A DNA stretch of 64,000 bases from Heteronotia binoei (GCF_032191835.1 NC_083233.1:85312001-85376000); one strand, 5' to 3'; positions 48,401 to 61,875 are shown, counted from the stretch's first letter. A program made the numbers and translations. Notes: generated by a model from the letters alone, not told the origin.

Positions 48401-51400
48401 TAATTCCCAGCATGGCATTGGCCTTTTTTATTGCAAACGCACACTGTCTTGACATTTTCAGTGAGTTATCTACCACAACCCCAAGATCTCTCTCTTGGTC
48501 AGTTTCTGCCAGTTCACACCCCATCAACTTATATTTGTAGCTGGGATTCTTGGCCCCAATGTGCATTACTTTGCACTTGGCCACATTGAACCGCATCTGC
48601 CACGTTGACGCCCACTCACCCAGCCTCAACAGATCCCTTTGGAGTTCCTCACAATCCTCTCTGGTTCTCACCACTCTGAACAATTTAGTGTCATCCGCAA
48701 ACTTGGCCACTTCACTGCTCACTCCCAACTCTAAATCATTTATGATTTCAACCCATTGGTTCTGGTCCTACCTTCCAGGATGACGGAAAACAATTTCAGA
48801 TGGTACCACCTCATAAATCTGTTCAAGGGCATTACGATACCGGCCATTTTATTTCAGTCCTGTAAACCTTGCTTAATTTTCATTGCTTCTACATGCTGAG
48901 TCAACATTTTCTTGAAGTTGCAACCCAAAGATTTTTTTTTTGTCAGACTGTTAGTTTAAGGAGGGGTGTGTGTAGAAGGTTGCTCTAAAATGCATCAGTT
49001 TAGTCTCACTAACACTGGCTTTTATTTGCCATTTCTTCTTTTTAACAGGGTGGCAATTTCAAGCCCAGCCAGAAAGGTTTTGTAGGAGGAACCAAGTCCT
49101 TCTTGGACTTTGGCAGCTGGGAGAGGCACACCAAGGGGATTGGGCAGAAGCTTCTTCAGAAAATGGGCTACGTGCCCGGCCGGGGTCTTGGCAAGAATGC
49201 TCAAGGTAGGACAGGATGTGGCTCACCCAGGGTGAACAGGCAGGAAGCGTCACTCCTGGGCTTAGCTGCTTGGCCGCTCACTGGAGCCCCTCCTCCTCCC
49301 CATCCCGGGCCTTTGGTGTCGGGTGGATGCTGCTGTGGGGCTTCCTTCCCTCTTTCTCCAGGCAGCTTGGATCACTCTGGTGTTTGCAGGGAGCATTCCA
49401 TGAACTGACTGCACTGCACTTTCTCAGGTATCATCAATCCCATTGAGGCCAAGCAGAGGAAAGGCAAAGGGGCCGTGGGAGCCTATGGCTCAGAACGGAC
49501 GTCGCAGTCCTTGCAGGACTTCCCTGTGGTTGACTCAGAGGAAGAAGCCGAAGAGGTAGGACATCTCCCCCCCCCACCACCACCTTGTATTACGTTGGGG
49601 CACTTTGTGGATGCTTTTCCTTTCAAGTTGCCATGAACGAAAGTGGTTCTCAGTGGCTGCATCAGAGACTTCCTCGCAGACTGTGTGCTAAAGAGGCAGG
49701 TGTGTTTGGCCTCTGTGAAAAATGAGGCTGGGTGCCTTTGCAAAGGCAGTCAGAAAAATTCTCAGCTGGACACTAACCCAGTTGTAGCAGCAAAGGTGGA
49801 AGTCCAGCAGAAGTAAGACTCTTGCTTCTTACTCCCAGATACCCTACCCAGAACACGCAGTCTTGACGTTCATAGGAAGAGGAAATTAAGAGGTGGTGTA
49901 AGATATGGCACAGAAGTTGTTATCCAGTTTTGTAAAGGAGAAACAAACTGCCACTGAGAAGAGCACACGTCCCTCTCCATTCCCATTGGGGGTGGGGGGT
50001 GTTAATGAGTTGCCTGTACCCACAAGGGAGGCCAAAGGTCAGAGAAGTGGCCTGCAAGGCAAATTCTACCTGGTGCAGGACTGGAGCCAGGAGAGTGTCC
50101 CCCGCAACCCCCAGGTGCCCTGTGGGCATTACTTATTGGGGCTGCTTCTGCCCCATTCCTAGAGGTTTATCTAAAGTTCTTTATGGACTTGGTCTGCTGA
50201 GATGGGAGCAGAGTGATTAGTAATCCACTGGATCTGACCAAATCAGCTTTTCCAAAGACTTCCTCTAGCCCCTGCTGCTTTGGAGGACTGCATTGTCTCC
50301 CTGATCTCTTCAGTTTGGTGTAGTGATGAAGAGTGCGGACTCTTATCTGGGAGAACCCAGTTTGATTCCCCACTCCTCCACTTGCAGCTGCTGGAATGAC
50401 CTTGGGTCAGCCATAGCTCTTGCAGAGGTTGTCCTTGAAAGGGCAGCTGCAGGAAGAGCTCTCTCAACCCCACCCACCTCACAGGGTGTCTGTCTTCTGA
50501 GAGCCAGTTTGGTGTAGTGGTTAAGTGTGCAGACTCTTATCTGGGAGAACCAGGTTTGATTCCCCACTCCTCCACGTGCACCTGCTGGAATGGCCTTGGG
50601 TCAGCCATAGCTCTGGCAGAGGTTGTCCTTGAAAGGGCAGCTTCTGGGAGAGCTCTCTCAACCCCACAGGGTGTCTGTCAGAAGACAGTTTGGTGTAGTG
50701 GTGAACTGTGTGGACTCTTATCTGGGAGAACCGGGTTTGATTCCCCACTCCTCCACTTGCAGCTGCTGGAATGGCTTTGGGTCAGCCATAGCTCTGGCAG
50801 GAGTTGTGCTTGAAAGGGCAGCTCCTGTGAGAGCCCTCTCAGCCCCCTCCCCCACCTCACAGGGTGTCTGTTGTGGGGGAGGAAGATAAAGGAGATTGTG
50901 AGCCACTCTGAAATTCAGAGTGGAGAGTGGGATATAAATGTAATATTATCATCTTCAAAAATAACAGCACAGCCCTCTTGGAGGAAGCAATCCCTGATGA
51001 GCTCTGTGGAGTGGAATGGCACATCCTTCAGCTCCCAGCAAATGGCAGCCTGCCTCCATATCAGCCTTTGCTTCCCTTCTAGGAGTTCCAGAAGGAGCTC
51101 AGCCAGTGGCGGAAGGACCCAAGCGGGAGCAAGAAGAAGCCAAAGTACACCTACAAGACCGTGGAGGAGCTGAAGGCCAAGGGCAGGGCGGGGAAGCAGC
51201 TAACAGCACCTCAGAAGGATCTGGCCCAAGTCAAGGTGAGGCCGGGACAGGGTTTCCCAGGTGGAGCTAACAGGGCTGCTCAGTACTCCTTCCTCTGCTG
51301 CGATTGGAGGCGGGCTGACCAATCAGAAGGCTCTGCAGCCTGGGGGAGGAGGAGGAGGAGTTGGCCTTTTCTCATGGGACAGTGAAGCTTCCCTATGGCC

Positions 51401-54400
51401 ACAGTCTTAGTACAAGAGGTCCCGCAACAGAGAAAAGAGAAATTTTAGAAATGCCCGTCTCTGGATGGATACAAGGACTGGGAAGCAAAGCAATTTCAGT
51501 TGACTCTGGAGAGTTATAGCTTCATTGGCCTGCATGCGGACTTATCTTTTGCAGCACAAAAAATACTGGTCCAACATCAGCATTTGTGTCAGCAGAACAG
51601 ACCTGTTACAATACTTAACCATTCTGTTTGACTTCTGCCAGTGACATCGTTAACTTGTCTTCCCGCCTGCCTTGAGCTGCTGACCTTTGTTTTGTCTTGG
51701 GCTCTTTCGGAAGGTGATCGACATGACCGGCCGGGAGCAGAAGGTCTATTACAGCTACAGCCAGATCAGCCAGAAGCACAACATCCCCGACGACAACCCC
51801 CAGCAGCCGCTGCCCCTGGGCAAGGACGCCAAGCCCCAGGCCTTCGCCCTGCCCGAGCTGGAGCACAACCTGCAGCTCCTCATCGACCTCACCGAGCAGG
51901 AGATCATCCAGAACGACCGGCAGCTGCAGTATGAGCGGGACCAAGTGATCAACCTGACCCACGAGATCGAGAAGATGGATGAGGTCCTGGCGCGCCAGGA
52001 GGCTGAGATCCGGAACCTCAGCAAGGTCCTGGAGACGGTGGAGGAGTGTGAGCGGCGGATGCAACCCGGCTGCGACAACCCCCTGACCCTGGCCGAGTGC
52101 GCCAAGGTCTTCGAGACTCTCCAGGATAAGTATTACGAGGAGTACCGGATGTCCGACCGTGTGGATCTGGCCGCTGCCATTGTGTTCCCACTGGTGAAAG
52201 ACTACTTCAAGAACTGGGACCCGTTGAAGGTGGGTGGCTGGAGGTCTCGACCTTCCTGGCATTGGGTGGGTGGGGTTGGAAGAGGCCATTGGGGGAGAGT
52301 GGCACAAAGTCATCTCTCCCCCCCCCCCCCGGGCAAATTCTGCCTCCAAACACCAGATATGGGAAGTGCGTGCAGTGTCTTTCTGCCTCAGAGGCATCCA
52401 CGGCCCTGTTCCCCTATGGAAAGGGTTAAAAGAAACTTCAAAACAAGCACAGCAGAAAGCACACGGCTGGTCCCGTGCTGGGGAGCAAGGCCCCCTTCCC
52501 TCCCTCCCTCCCGGGTCCCCATGTGCTCCATCTTTGGGCCTCTTTCCTTCCTCTCTCCCCAGGACTGCACGTACGGCACGGACATCCTGGGCCAGTGGAA
52601 GAGCTTGCTGGAGAATGACCAGCTGTTGTCGCACGGTGGGCAGGACCTCTCCTCGGATGCTTTCCACCGGTAAATGGGCTGCCTGGCTTGTGGAGGGAGG
52701 GGAGGCTGAGCCTTTCTCCCCTAGAGCTGCTCTGCTGTGACCCTTGGGGTAGGGACCCACCAGCACCACCCCCTCCCCTGCCTGGCAGGGTGACAGTCTG
52801 GCCCTCAGATCTGGAGAGAAGATGGGGAAGGAGGTCTTGGTGATGAGTCAGTGGCATTTGCGTTGCCAAGAAGGAAGCAGTGATTAGAATCCCTGCTTGA
52901 TGCGTGTTCTCTTGCGTGGCCATGGCCCCAGCTGCAGCACTCAGTGAGAGGGTCTCTCCTGCTCAGGCTGATGTGGGAGACGTGGATGCCCTACGTGCGG
53001 AACATTGCAGGGCAGTGGCAGCCCCGGAACTGCATCCCCATGGTGGACTTCCTGGACAGCTGGGCGCCCATCATTCCCGTCTGGATCCTGGAGAACATTC
53101 TCGACCAGCTCGTTTTCCCCAAGCTGCAGAAGGAGGTAGGAAGGCGCCTCCCTCAGTGTGGCTGCCTCTGCAGGATCCTTGACGGTCCACCACAGAGCTG
53201 GCTTCTGCTCCGCCCTGCAGGTGGAGAACTGGAACCCGCTGACGGACACGGTCCCCATCCACTCGTGGATCCACCCCTGGCTGCCCCTGATGCAGGCCCG
53301 CCTGGAGCCCCTCTACTCCCCCATCCGCAACAAGCTGGCCAGCGCCCTGCAGAAGTGGCACCCCAGCGACTCCTCTGCCAAGCTCATCCTGCAGCCCTGG
53401 AAGGAGGTCTTCACCCCGGGGTCCTGGGAGGCCTTCATGATCAAGAATATTGTGCCAAAGCTGGGTAAGGAGAGCCCGGCAGACAAACAGAGTGGGACAC
53501 CAGGGGCTTCCAGGTCAAGCCCCCCATTTGCATCAGCAGGCTCTCTGGTCAACTTGCCTGAGATCGGGCTGGCCCCTGTGGTGCTCCTTTCACTCTTTTC
53601 TCTCTGCTTGGCTTGCTGGGGGTGGCCAGGGGAGGGGAGGACTGAGGGTTGCAGAGAAAGGCTTGGGCTGCAGGAATCAGGGACTGTCCCCTTGCACAGC
53701 AGGGAGGGCCTTGTGTCCAGGAGGAGGCAGCGTCTGAAGAGCCCCTTGCCTGCCTCTTCAGCAGCACAGAGAACCATTCTTGTACAAATGAGCCTGGGAA
53801 ACCAGCAGAGCTTTCCCATAATGTCTAGTCCCAGGTTCCGTCTTCCACATTCGCCTGCAGGAAATTCTTGGCTGCGCGGAGCCTGCAGGGTAGAGCAGAA
53901 GGCTTGGAGCTTTGCTGCAGGCCAAGGTGACTTCAGGTGGTTTCGTCCCTCTCTCCTTCCTGCAGGTCTGTGCCTGAACGAGCTGCTGATCAACCCTCAC
54001 CAGCAGCACATGGATGCCTTCTTCTGGGTGATGGACTGGGAGGGCATGATCTCTGTCTCCAGCCTGGTGGGGCTGCTGGAGAAGCACTTCTTTCCCAAGT
54101 GGCTGCAGGTATGTGACCCCACCTGCAGAATTCTCCTCTCTGCCTCCTTGCCCACTGTCTGCGTCAGCTCCGTTCCAGCCCAGGCGTGCTTCAGCCTCCT
54201 CCACCCCCCTTCTAGGTCCTGTGCTCCTGGCTAAGTAACAACCCTAATTACGAAGAGATCACCAAGTGGTATCTGGGCTGGAAGTCGATGTTCTCAGACC
54301 AGGTGCTGGCCCACCCCTCCGTCAAGGAGAAATTCAACGAAGCCCTGGACGTCATGAACAGAGCCGTCTCTTCCAGTGTTGGTGCGTGAGTCGGTTGCTA

Positions 54401-55097
54401 GCTCTGGCCCAAGGGCCTCTGCTGCCTTTGAGCCATGGGCGAGGGAGGGGCTGGCTCAGTGTTGCTGCCTCACCTGAATCTCAGTCAATCAGGGCTGGCC
54501 GGGCCACTAGGCAAACCAAGCCATTGCCTTCTGGGGGTGCCAAATTGGGCCCCGCCATGTGACTCTGCCCCGGGGGGGGAGGAGAAGTTGCTCCCAAAGC
54601 CCTCCCAGAAGCCAGTGCCAGTTGCTAGAGGTGGTTCTTCCCTACCCACTCCTGAGTGTCAGGGCCCGGTGCCGTCTCCTGCCCCAAAGGAGAAGCTAAG
54701 CGGTTCCCTCTTCACCATTTCCTCTCTCTTTGCTGGGCTAGGGGGCTACATGCAACCTGGTGCCCGAGAAAACATCGCTTACCTGACGCACACGGAGCGC
54801 CGGAAGGACTTCCAGTACGAGGCCATGCAGGAGCGGCGGGAAGCCGAGAACATGGCTCAGCGGGGGATTGGCATGGCCGCCGGCTCGGTGCCCATGAACT
54901 TCAAGGACCTGATCCAGACCAAGGCTGAGGAGCACAACATTGTCTTCATGCCCGTCATTGGGAAGCGGCACGAAGGGAAGCAGCTGTACACCTTTGGGCG
55001 CATTGTCATCTACATCGACCGGGGGGTGGTCTTTGTGCAGGGGGAGAAGACCTGGGTCCCCACCTCCCTGCAGAGCCTCATTGACATGACAAAATGA
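45127..55097 (+). CDS. TFIP11: Tuftelin-interacting protein 11 (spliceosome disassembly factor, G-patch; 843 aa)
   Basis: 12 coding exons: 45127-45365, 45631-45784, 49049-49205, 49428-49555, 51083-51235, 51714-52229, 52563-52669, 52967-53135, 53221-53464, 53966-54108, 54216-54381, 54742-55097. All are GT-AG and the 2532-nt join is open. Contains MSLSHLY, the G-patch [20 protein letters not shown], and C-terminal [14 protein letters not shown]. Confidence 0.96.
46209..47090 (-). mobile_element. Possible LTR-like insertion in TFIP11 intron 2
   Basis: The minus strand ends ...CCGTCACA and contains TATA-like and AATAAA motifs. No convincing TSD was found. Confidence 0.3.
47257..47448. mobile_element. 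hAT-like MITE nested in an old CR1 fragment
   Basis: ~19-bp imperfect TIR around CCCTCTAAGCTG and a perfect 8-bp TSD AAGAGGAC. Confidence 0.8.
47784..48744 (-). mobile_element. 5'-truncated CR1 LINE
   Basis: ORF 48153-48728 contains KFADDTKL and [11 protein letters not shown]. The 3' end reads ATGTTCTTA. It abuts an older CR1 tail at ~47525-47783. Confidence 0.9.
50311..50956 (+). mobile_element. Head-to-tail SINE trimer
   Basis: A boxes at ~50311, ~50504 and ~50687. The first two copies break after CACAGGGTGTCTGT and only the third has a tail. Confidence 0.8.
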
Positions 55098-55214
55098 GGG
55101 CGAGGGGCTGGGCCCACACTGGCAGTGGCAGCAGCAGCAGCAGCATTCAAGGGCTTCATCCAAGCACAGCTCTGGGGTCCAGGCCTCTTGTGCTTGAAGA
55201 GGCTTCATTGTGTA

Positions 55215-55220
55215 AATAAA
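55215..55220 (+). terminator. TFIP11: TFIP11 polyadenylation signal
   Basis: AATAAA ~120 nt after the stop, followed by a U/GU-rich tract. Confidence 0.65.
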
Positions 55221-57774
55221 ATGAATTTTCTTTTGTGTTAGTGAGTGTCCAGTCCACTCATTTGCAGGCCTGGAAGTTTCACATCCCACCCTTCTGGGCC
55301 GTGATGAGCTCCCAGCAGAACAGAGCGGGGGTCGGAGGCTGGAGCTGAGGTGGTGCGGGAGCCTGGCAGGTGTCTCCAGGGCCCGCCTCTGTTGCGTGGC
55401 CCCATGCACATAAGGAGCCGGAGGTATGTGCCCCCCACAATGCTTTGGGTTTGATACAGTAAGCAAGTGAAAACATTACAGCAGAATCCTCTCTCCAGTT
55501 TATCAAAACAATATTTAATGACATAGGAGTGATTACTTGAGGCTATTTGCTCTTTCTTGCCAAAAGCAAACAGGTTCCCCAGGAAAACACTCTTCAGTGA
55601 AAATGCTCCATGTCAGTTACAGGTTTTCAAAATCAGCTTTTCTAATTTATTTTATTCTATTCAGAGCAAGATACAACTCTCTATTCTAGGACATAATAAA
55701 ACCCCTCTTGGCAAAACAGCAGCCTGATTGGTTGGGACTGTGGTGCGTCAACCCTTGGCCAAGTCAAGAGTATTTGCATGCCATTGGTTGAATCCGCTTC
55801 TGTCTCCCACCCATCCAAGTGGCTGCTGCTAGCCAGCAAAGTTCATTATGTCAGTAAACGGCAACCAACCTTAGTTCTGGCAGTTGCTGGCTCTCCCTAC
55901 TCTCCCATTGGCTGAGCTCCTGTCACATTCCCTCAATTAGCTGAGGAAGGAGGAGGGAAACAGCCAGAGAAAGGCTTCCCTTGATTGGCTGAGGACTCCT
56001 ACCTTCCTGGAAAGCGGAACAGATGGTATCCTGTGAGAACAGAGCAGATATAGAGAGAGATACGGTGGGAAAGTGAGACACATGGAGAGACTGAAGTTTC
56101 ATGCTTAAGACCCACAACATTATCAGAGACGGACTGTTGGTCTGGACGTATCACTCAAGGCCTCTGAGGGAGAACTCGTTGGGGCCAGTTCCAGATTGGT
56201 AGGAAAGCCCTGCAGATCCTGTGGTGGAGGCCATAGGCATTAGGGCTTTAGAGCAAGGTCTGCCAGACCCACGTTCTTGCTGTGGAAGCTGACGGGAGGA
56301 TTTCAGACCAGTCACAAACTTCCAGCCTAACCTGCCTCACAGGGTTGTTGTTCAGGAGGAGAGAATGATGTAAGCTGCTTTGGTCCCCGCTGCTGTGGAG
56401 AAAGACTGTCCTTTCCCTACAGGAGGCTGCAGGGAGGGGGGATGTAATGGAAAGCTTAAGTTGAGCAGATAAAGAGAAGGAGATAGGGTTCCCAACTCCA
56501 GGTTAAGAAATTCCTCAAGATTTAAGGGGTGCGGCCTGGAGAAGGTGGGATCTGAAAAGGGGATGGGATCTCCAACAGGTGCAATGCCATGCACTCCGCC
56601 CTCCAAACCAGCAGTTTCCTCTGGGGAACCATTGTTGCCGATCTCCAGGTGAGGGCTGAGATCACTCAGTATTACAAGAGCTCTCTGGCTGGCAGAGATC
56701 TCCCCTGGAGGTGGTGGGGGTGAATGGGGGGGGGGCACTTGCCCATAGCCTCTTTCTAGAGCCGTTGTATTTTTCTTCACAAGGGGCCTTATTACTTGTA
56801 TAAACATAAAGCAGTTAGGAAAGAATGCGCACCCTGTTATACGTACGCATGCATTTTTGTAAAAACATCTCAGTGCCGTGTTAATACATTTTTAGCACTC
56901 TGAGTCTTAACCAAGAACACCAAAATGCGTGACTGCTTTTTTCTCATACATGAGACTGCTGCTTTCCCAGTCACTTGACACCCCAAGAAAAGGCTGGATA
57001 GAAATGTTTTCACAAATAAACCGATGTACCCCATTCGTGAACTGTATCCTCACTTGTGTTTAGTCAGACATTCCTGCCATTCTCAAATGCTTCTTTGCAC
57101 TTGGGCCCAGACAGGAATCTCCTGCTATTCCGCTGTTTCTGGTCTGCTAGAGGCCATACCAGTCAGTCAGTCACTCCTCTGCTCCAAAGCAGCTCTGCTG
57201 TTCTGGATCTCTGGCCTTCCTGTCTGGGTCTCAGTGGAGAGCGAGCCTGTGGAGGCAGCTGCTGTTCCACTACCTCTGGCCAGATGCATGAGCTAGACGA
57301 CAGAAATGCAAAATCTTATTCTCACACTCTGGAAAGAATAAAATGACACAAAAAGTCAGAGTTTTAAACCATTTTTTTTTTAAAAATAAACATCCACGAT
57401 TTGTGCTAAGGTTTGGTTTCCCAGAACAGCTGCCTTTTTCTTTGGCTGACGGAGCAGCTGTAAGCTGAGCCAGAGAGAAGAACACCGAGATCCCAACTGC
57501 ACCAGCTCCCTCACAGGCCTCCTCCCCCCACCACCCCTGCTGCACTTGCTGATGACCTAAGCGGAAGCCTCAGCAGAGCGCCCCCTGCTGCTGCTCAGGG
57601 CGTCCATCCGTTCAGCCTTGGGTGGGGGCGTGCCCTGAGCTCTGCCAGAGGATCCAAGGGCACAGGCCCCTCTGCTTCCGGAGCAGGCAGACCATGGAGT
57701 CGACTTCAGTTTGGTACGAAGCCAGGAGCAAATGGCAGTCTTGCAGCTGACTGCCTCTTGGCCAGTCTCTGAAG

Positions 57775-60121
57775 CTAAGTCCCGTCGCTGTTCCTGATGA
57801 TCTCTAACTGGTCCTGGGGAGGGTAAAGGGGCTCCTCGTGGAAGGCCCACGTCTCTCGGGGCACCTCCCTCAGCTTCTGCCACGGGAAGCGGTGGACGGC
57901 CGTGTCGTTGAACACATCCAGAAACCTGTCATGGGGAGGGAGGGCGTCTTCCTCCGAGGCTGTTAATATCTGCCCATGGTTGGCACAGGGAGAGAATCGG
58001 TCGTGAGGGGGCCTGCCAGCAACAGGCCCAGAGCAATGGGGCAGCTCACACACAGGCCAAGCAGAGCTCCCCTCCCCCTTGCATGACCCATCTTAACCTC
58101 AGAATTCACTGGATATAACTCAAGAAATACGCTATTGTTGAGAAAGGTCCACTCTGAGAGGCTGCAGAGGTTCTGGGGTTGCCTGCGCAGCAGAGGGTGG
58201 CACAGCTCAACAACTGGCTGATGTGAGAGCAGCGTGTGCCACCCCCATCCCACCCCCCAACATGGAAGGGGACGTGAGCTCTTGGGCCAGATGTCAGAAC
58301 ACAACCAGATGGGGGGTGGGGAAGTCCCGAGTCAAGTTTCCCCCAAACTGGCAGCTGGAGACACAGCCATGTCCTCACCCCACCCACACTCACCCAGCCT
58401 ACCTTGGCAATGTAAGCGTAATCCCTTTGGAATATCCTGCCCGGGACCCTAGAAGCCAAAGGGACAGAAAGCATGAGGGGCAGGTTGGGGGCCAGCTAGA
58501 GAGGCCCCTTTACCCCCTCCCCAGCAGTCCTTTGGGGAGGGGGCACCTTTCTTCAATCCCCTTGAAACTGTTGCCTACGATGACCATTTTGGACAAGGCC
58601 TCTGCTGACCAGTTGCTCCACAGCAGGTTGTTGTAGAGGGCTTTGCCACAGTGGACCATGTAGAAGACTGTGGGCTCATCTATGGGACGCTTCCCCTCCT
58701 GCAATCAAGACCAGCAGCAAACTAGAAACTCCAGCCAGCCCCAACCCTCCCCACCACCAGATTGTGGGGACAGGCAGCCCCCTTACCCCCAGCCCCTCCC
58801 CCAATGAGGGCCACCTGGTGCTCTGGGCATCCCCCAGGCAAAGATGGCACGCACCTCATTCCACGAGAGGACAGAGAAGCCAAGGCTGCTGAGAACTTCC
58901 CTTTCCAACAGGGAGAAAGCAGGATCAAAGACACAGCAAAGCCCCTCCGGAACCTGCCAGGGAGGGAGAGAAGGGGAGGAGGCAGGCTGCTGGTGGGTGG
59001 GGCCTCTGGGCCAGTGGGCTGAGCCCTGCCAAGGGAGGGGGCAGAGACACTCCGGAACCTGCCAGGGAGGGAGAGAAGCGGAGGAGGCAGGCTGCTGGGA
59101 GAGGGGAGGGGTCTCTGGGCCAGTGGGCTGAGCCCTGCCAAGGGAGGGGGCAGAGACACTCCTCCGGAACCTGCCAGGGAGGGAGAGAAGCGGAGGAGGC
59201 AGGCTGCTGGTGGGTGGGGCCTCTGGGCCAGTGGGCTGAGCCCTGCCAAGGGAGGGGGCAGAGACACTCCTCCGGAACCTGCCAGGGAGGGAGAGAAGCG
59301 GAGGAGGCAGGCTGCTGGGAGAGGGGAGGGGTCTCTGGGCCAGTGGGCTGAGCCCTGCCAAGGGAGGGGGCAGAGACACTCCTCCGGAACCTGCCAGGGA
59401 GGGAGAGAAGCGGAGGAGGCAGGCTGCTGGGAGAGGGGTGGGGCCTCTGGGCCAGTGGGCTGAGCCCTGCCAAGGGAGGGGCAGACACTCACCTGGAGTT
59501 CCTGCAGCAGCAGCAGCAGAAATGCCAGCTGGAAGCGGGCCTTAAAGCAGGAAGAGAAGTTGCCCAGGCCATAACACACACACCGCAAGCAGGCTCTTCC
59601 AGGCAGGTGGGCTGGAGGGCACAGCTGCAGCTCCTCCAATGCCAAGAGGGCATCATCCCCGGTGGGCATGGGCAAATCTTTCCTGTGTGCCAGGACTTCT
59701 CGCAGGGATCTTGAGAGGATTTCTGGAGCAGGCGGACAAGCAGCACAGGAGTCGGGGTGTACCACCACGCCCGACAACACTTCATCCCAGCAGAAACCAC
59801 CAAGGCCTCCCGGCCTCCTTCTCAGGAGGAAAAAGACCCCTCACTTGCCAGGCAAGGCAGGAAAGCCAGCATAGCCCCCTCTGCCAGGCTGGCTTTGTGA
59901 AGCCCAAGTCACAATTTCCTTGGTAGCTGCCTGGCTGGGCGTTTTCTGGGGAACAAAGGGTGCGTAAATGAAGCAGGACTGAGAGGCAGGTGGGCAGCCA
60001 TCTCCCCCTCCCCGGAGCCATGTGGACAATCTCAAGAGTTTCTCAAAAGGATGAAAACAGACTTTGAAGCCAGGACTTACTCAGACTTGAATTCCAGAAC
60101 TCAGAGTCCAGCAGTTCTGCC
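57775..60121 (-). CDS. SRRD: SRR1 domain-containing protein, exons 2-7 (exon 1 not found in the window)
   Basis: Exons (minus): 60121-60081 (41 nt), 59722-59493 (230 nt, CVCYGLGNF), 58953-58855 (99 nt, CVFDPAFS), 58698-58547 (152 nt, [22 protein letters not shown]), 58448-58403 (46 nt), 57969-57775 ([10 protein letters not shown]...LEIIRN). Phases are consistent and the gene converges on TFIP11 as in human. Confidence 0.9.
58945..59490. repeat. 5-copy 102-112-bp repeat filling SRRD intron 3
   Basis: CCGGAACCTGCCAGGGAGGGAGAGAAG recurs five times. Confidence 0.92.
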
Positions 60122-61875
60122 CTGTGAGAAAGAAAGACAAGGAGGGGAGAAAAAGTAAATTTGGGGACTCTCTGTGTGGCGTGTGGGAGACAAGAGGCAG
60201 GGTTGAGGTCTCCCCACCTGTCACAGAGACCAGGGGTCAAACCCTGCAGGCACAAGAAAAGGCCACCCTGAGCTCCACCCCCTTCCACGAGGTTATGGAG
60301 GCGACACTTCCAAGGGGACCTGAGCCCCAGCATCTCTTGCTGTAAGGCCTCCCTCTTGCCTGCATTTAGCTTAGATACAAGCCTCACAGAAATCAGCAGG
60401 GGGGGGGCAATAGAGCAAGCCTGGAAGAGCAGCGAAGGAACTGAGCTGGCAGGCAGAAGGCCCTCTGTCCCAGCACAGGAAGGAAGTGGTCCGGTATCAG
60501 GCCACTTTTTCTCAGCTACCAGTTTGCAACATCACGTTCATATTACTGGCCGACTTTGCAGAGTTGCTGCATGGATTACAAAGAATTGTGCACTTCCTAG
60601 CACTGGGGAGGGCCCACAGTTCAGGCTAGCCAAAGCTCATCTGATCTGGGAAGACAAGCAGGGTCGGCCTGGTGAGTTCTTGGATGGGAGACTAGGGAGG
60701 AACTCCAGGGTCATGACACATTTCTGAGCATTTCCTGCCCTCCAATTTTGCATCTACCTGACGGCCCCTCCTACCTTCCACCCCCATGGCTCAGCGGCAG
60801 AGCCTCTGCTTGGCCTCAGAAGGCCTCAGCCCCAATCCTCAGCAGCAGCTCCAACTCAAAGGATCAGCCGGGGTTAGCTTATTGTTACAATGGTCCTTGG
60901 GCCACTTGCACAGAAGTAAAACGCCAATGTACAAGATTCCAAGATTTTAAAAATACTAAAAACATTTTTAAATCCATCTAATATTCAGTTACCATAACCA
61001 TCTGCTATCGAACTGCCATGCAATTCCCGCAACCTGAGTCTGGCCATGCAGAAACTGGCTATTTGGAAGGCAATCAGATAAAAGAAACTCACGTTTAGCC
61101 TTTTCTGGCAATCCCAATTTTTTTTTCCAATCAGCAGGGTGATGAACGCCTTACGTGCCACTTTATAATAAGGGCACATGAAAAAGAGGCGCTCTGCAAT
61201 CTAGCCTCCCTTAACGGACAGAAAGCAATATTCTCCTATTTCCCTTGAAGTACAGCAGGCAGGAGGACAGAGCACCTTGCCAGAGTGAAGGGTCTTCTAA
61301 AGTCTTTTACTTCCGAAGATGTTAAATAGGTTGGTAGGTGACTGTCGAGGCTTCCAGCAGAGACAATGGAACAAGGGTCTGCTTCTGTATAAGGCAGCTT
61401 TGTTTGTTCATCTGCATGCTAATTTTTGTGGACGTGGACTAAGGTTGTGTATAATTAAAGGTGTTCTTGCCTGGCTCATTGGAGCCTGCAGGACTGAGCT
61501 TGGGGGCTCGGGAACAAGGGGCAGCAGGATCCAAATCCCTGCTGGCCTGCTCCAAGCATGGCCCCCCTGCTGGTTTGAATGACCCAATGGTGCCCAAGCA
61601 CGGGAACCTTGAAGTGTATATTAACTTAACTTATGAATGTAATTTTATTTGTTTTAATTGCTTAATTGTTTGTTGTAATATTGTATTTTACTATCATGGT
61701 ATATACCGTGTCGTGTTAGCCGCCCTGAGCCTGCCTTTGGCGGGGGAGGGCGGGATACAAAAATAAATTTATTATTATTATTATTATATAGTGGCCCCCT
61801 TCTCCAGCTAGAGTTCAGCCTTTGCCATGCTGTATCTAATAAAGGAGATATGATCACAACAGCAGCATCTCTTCC

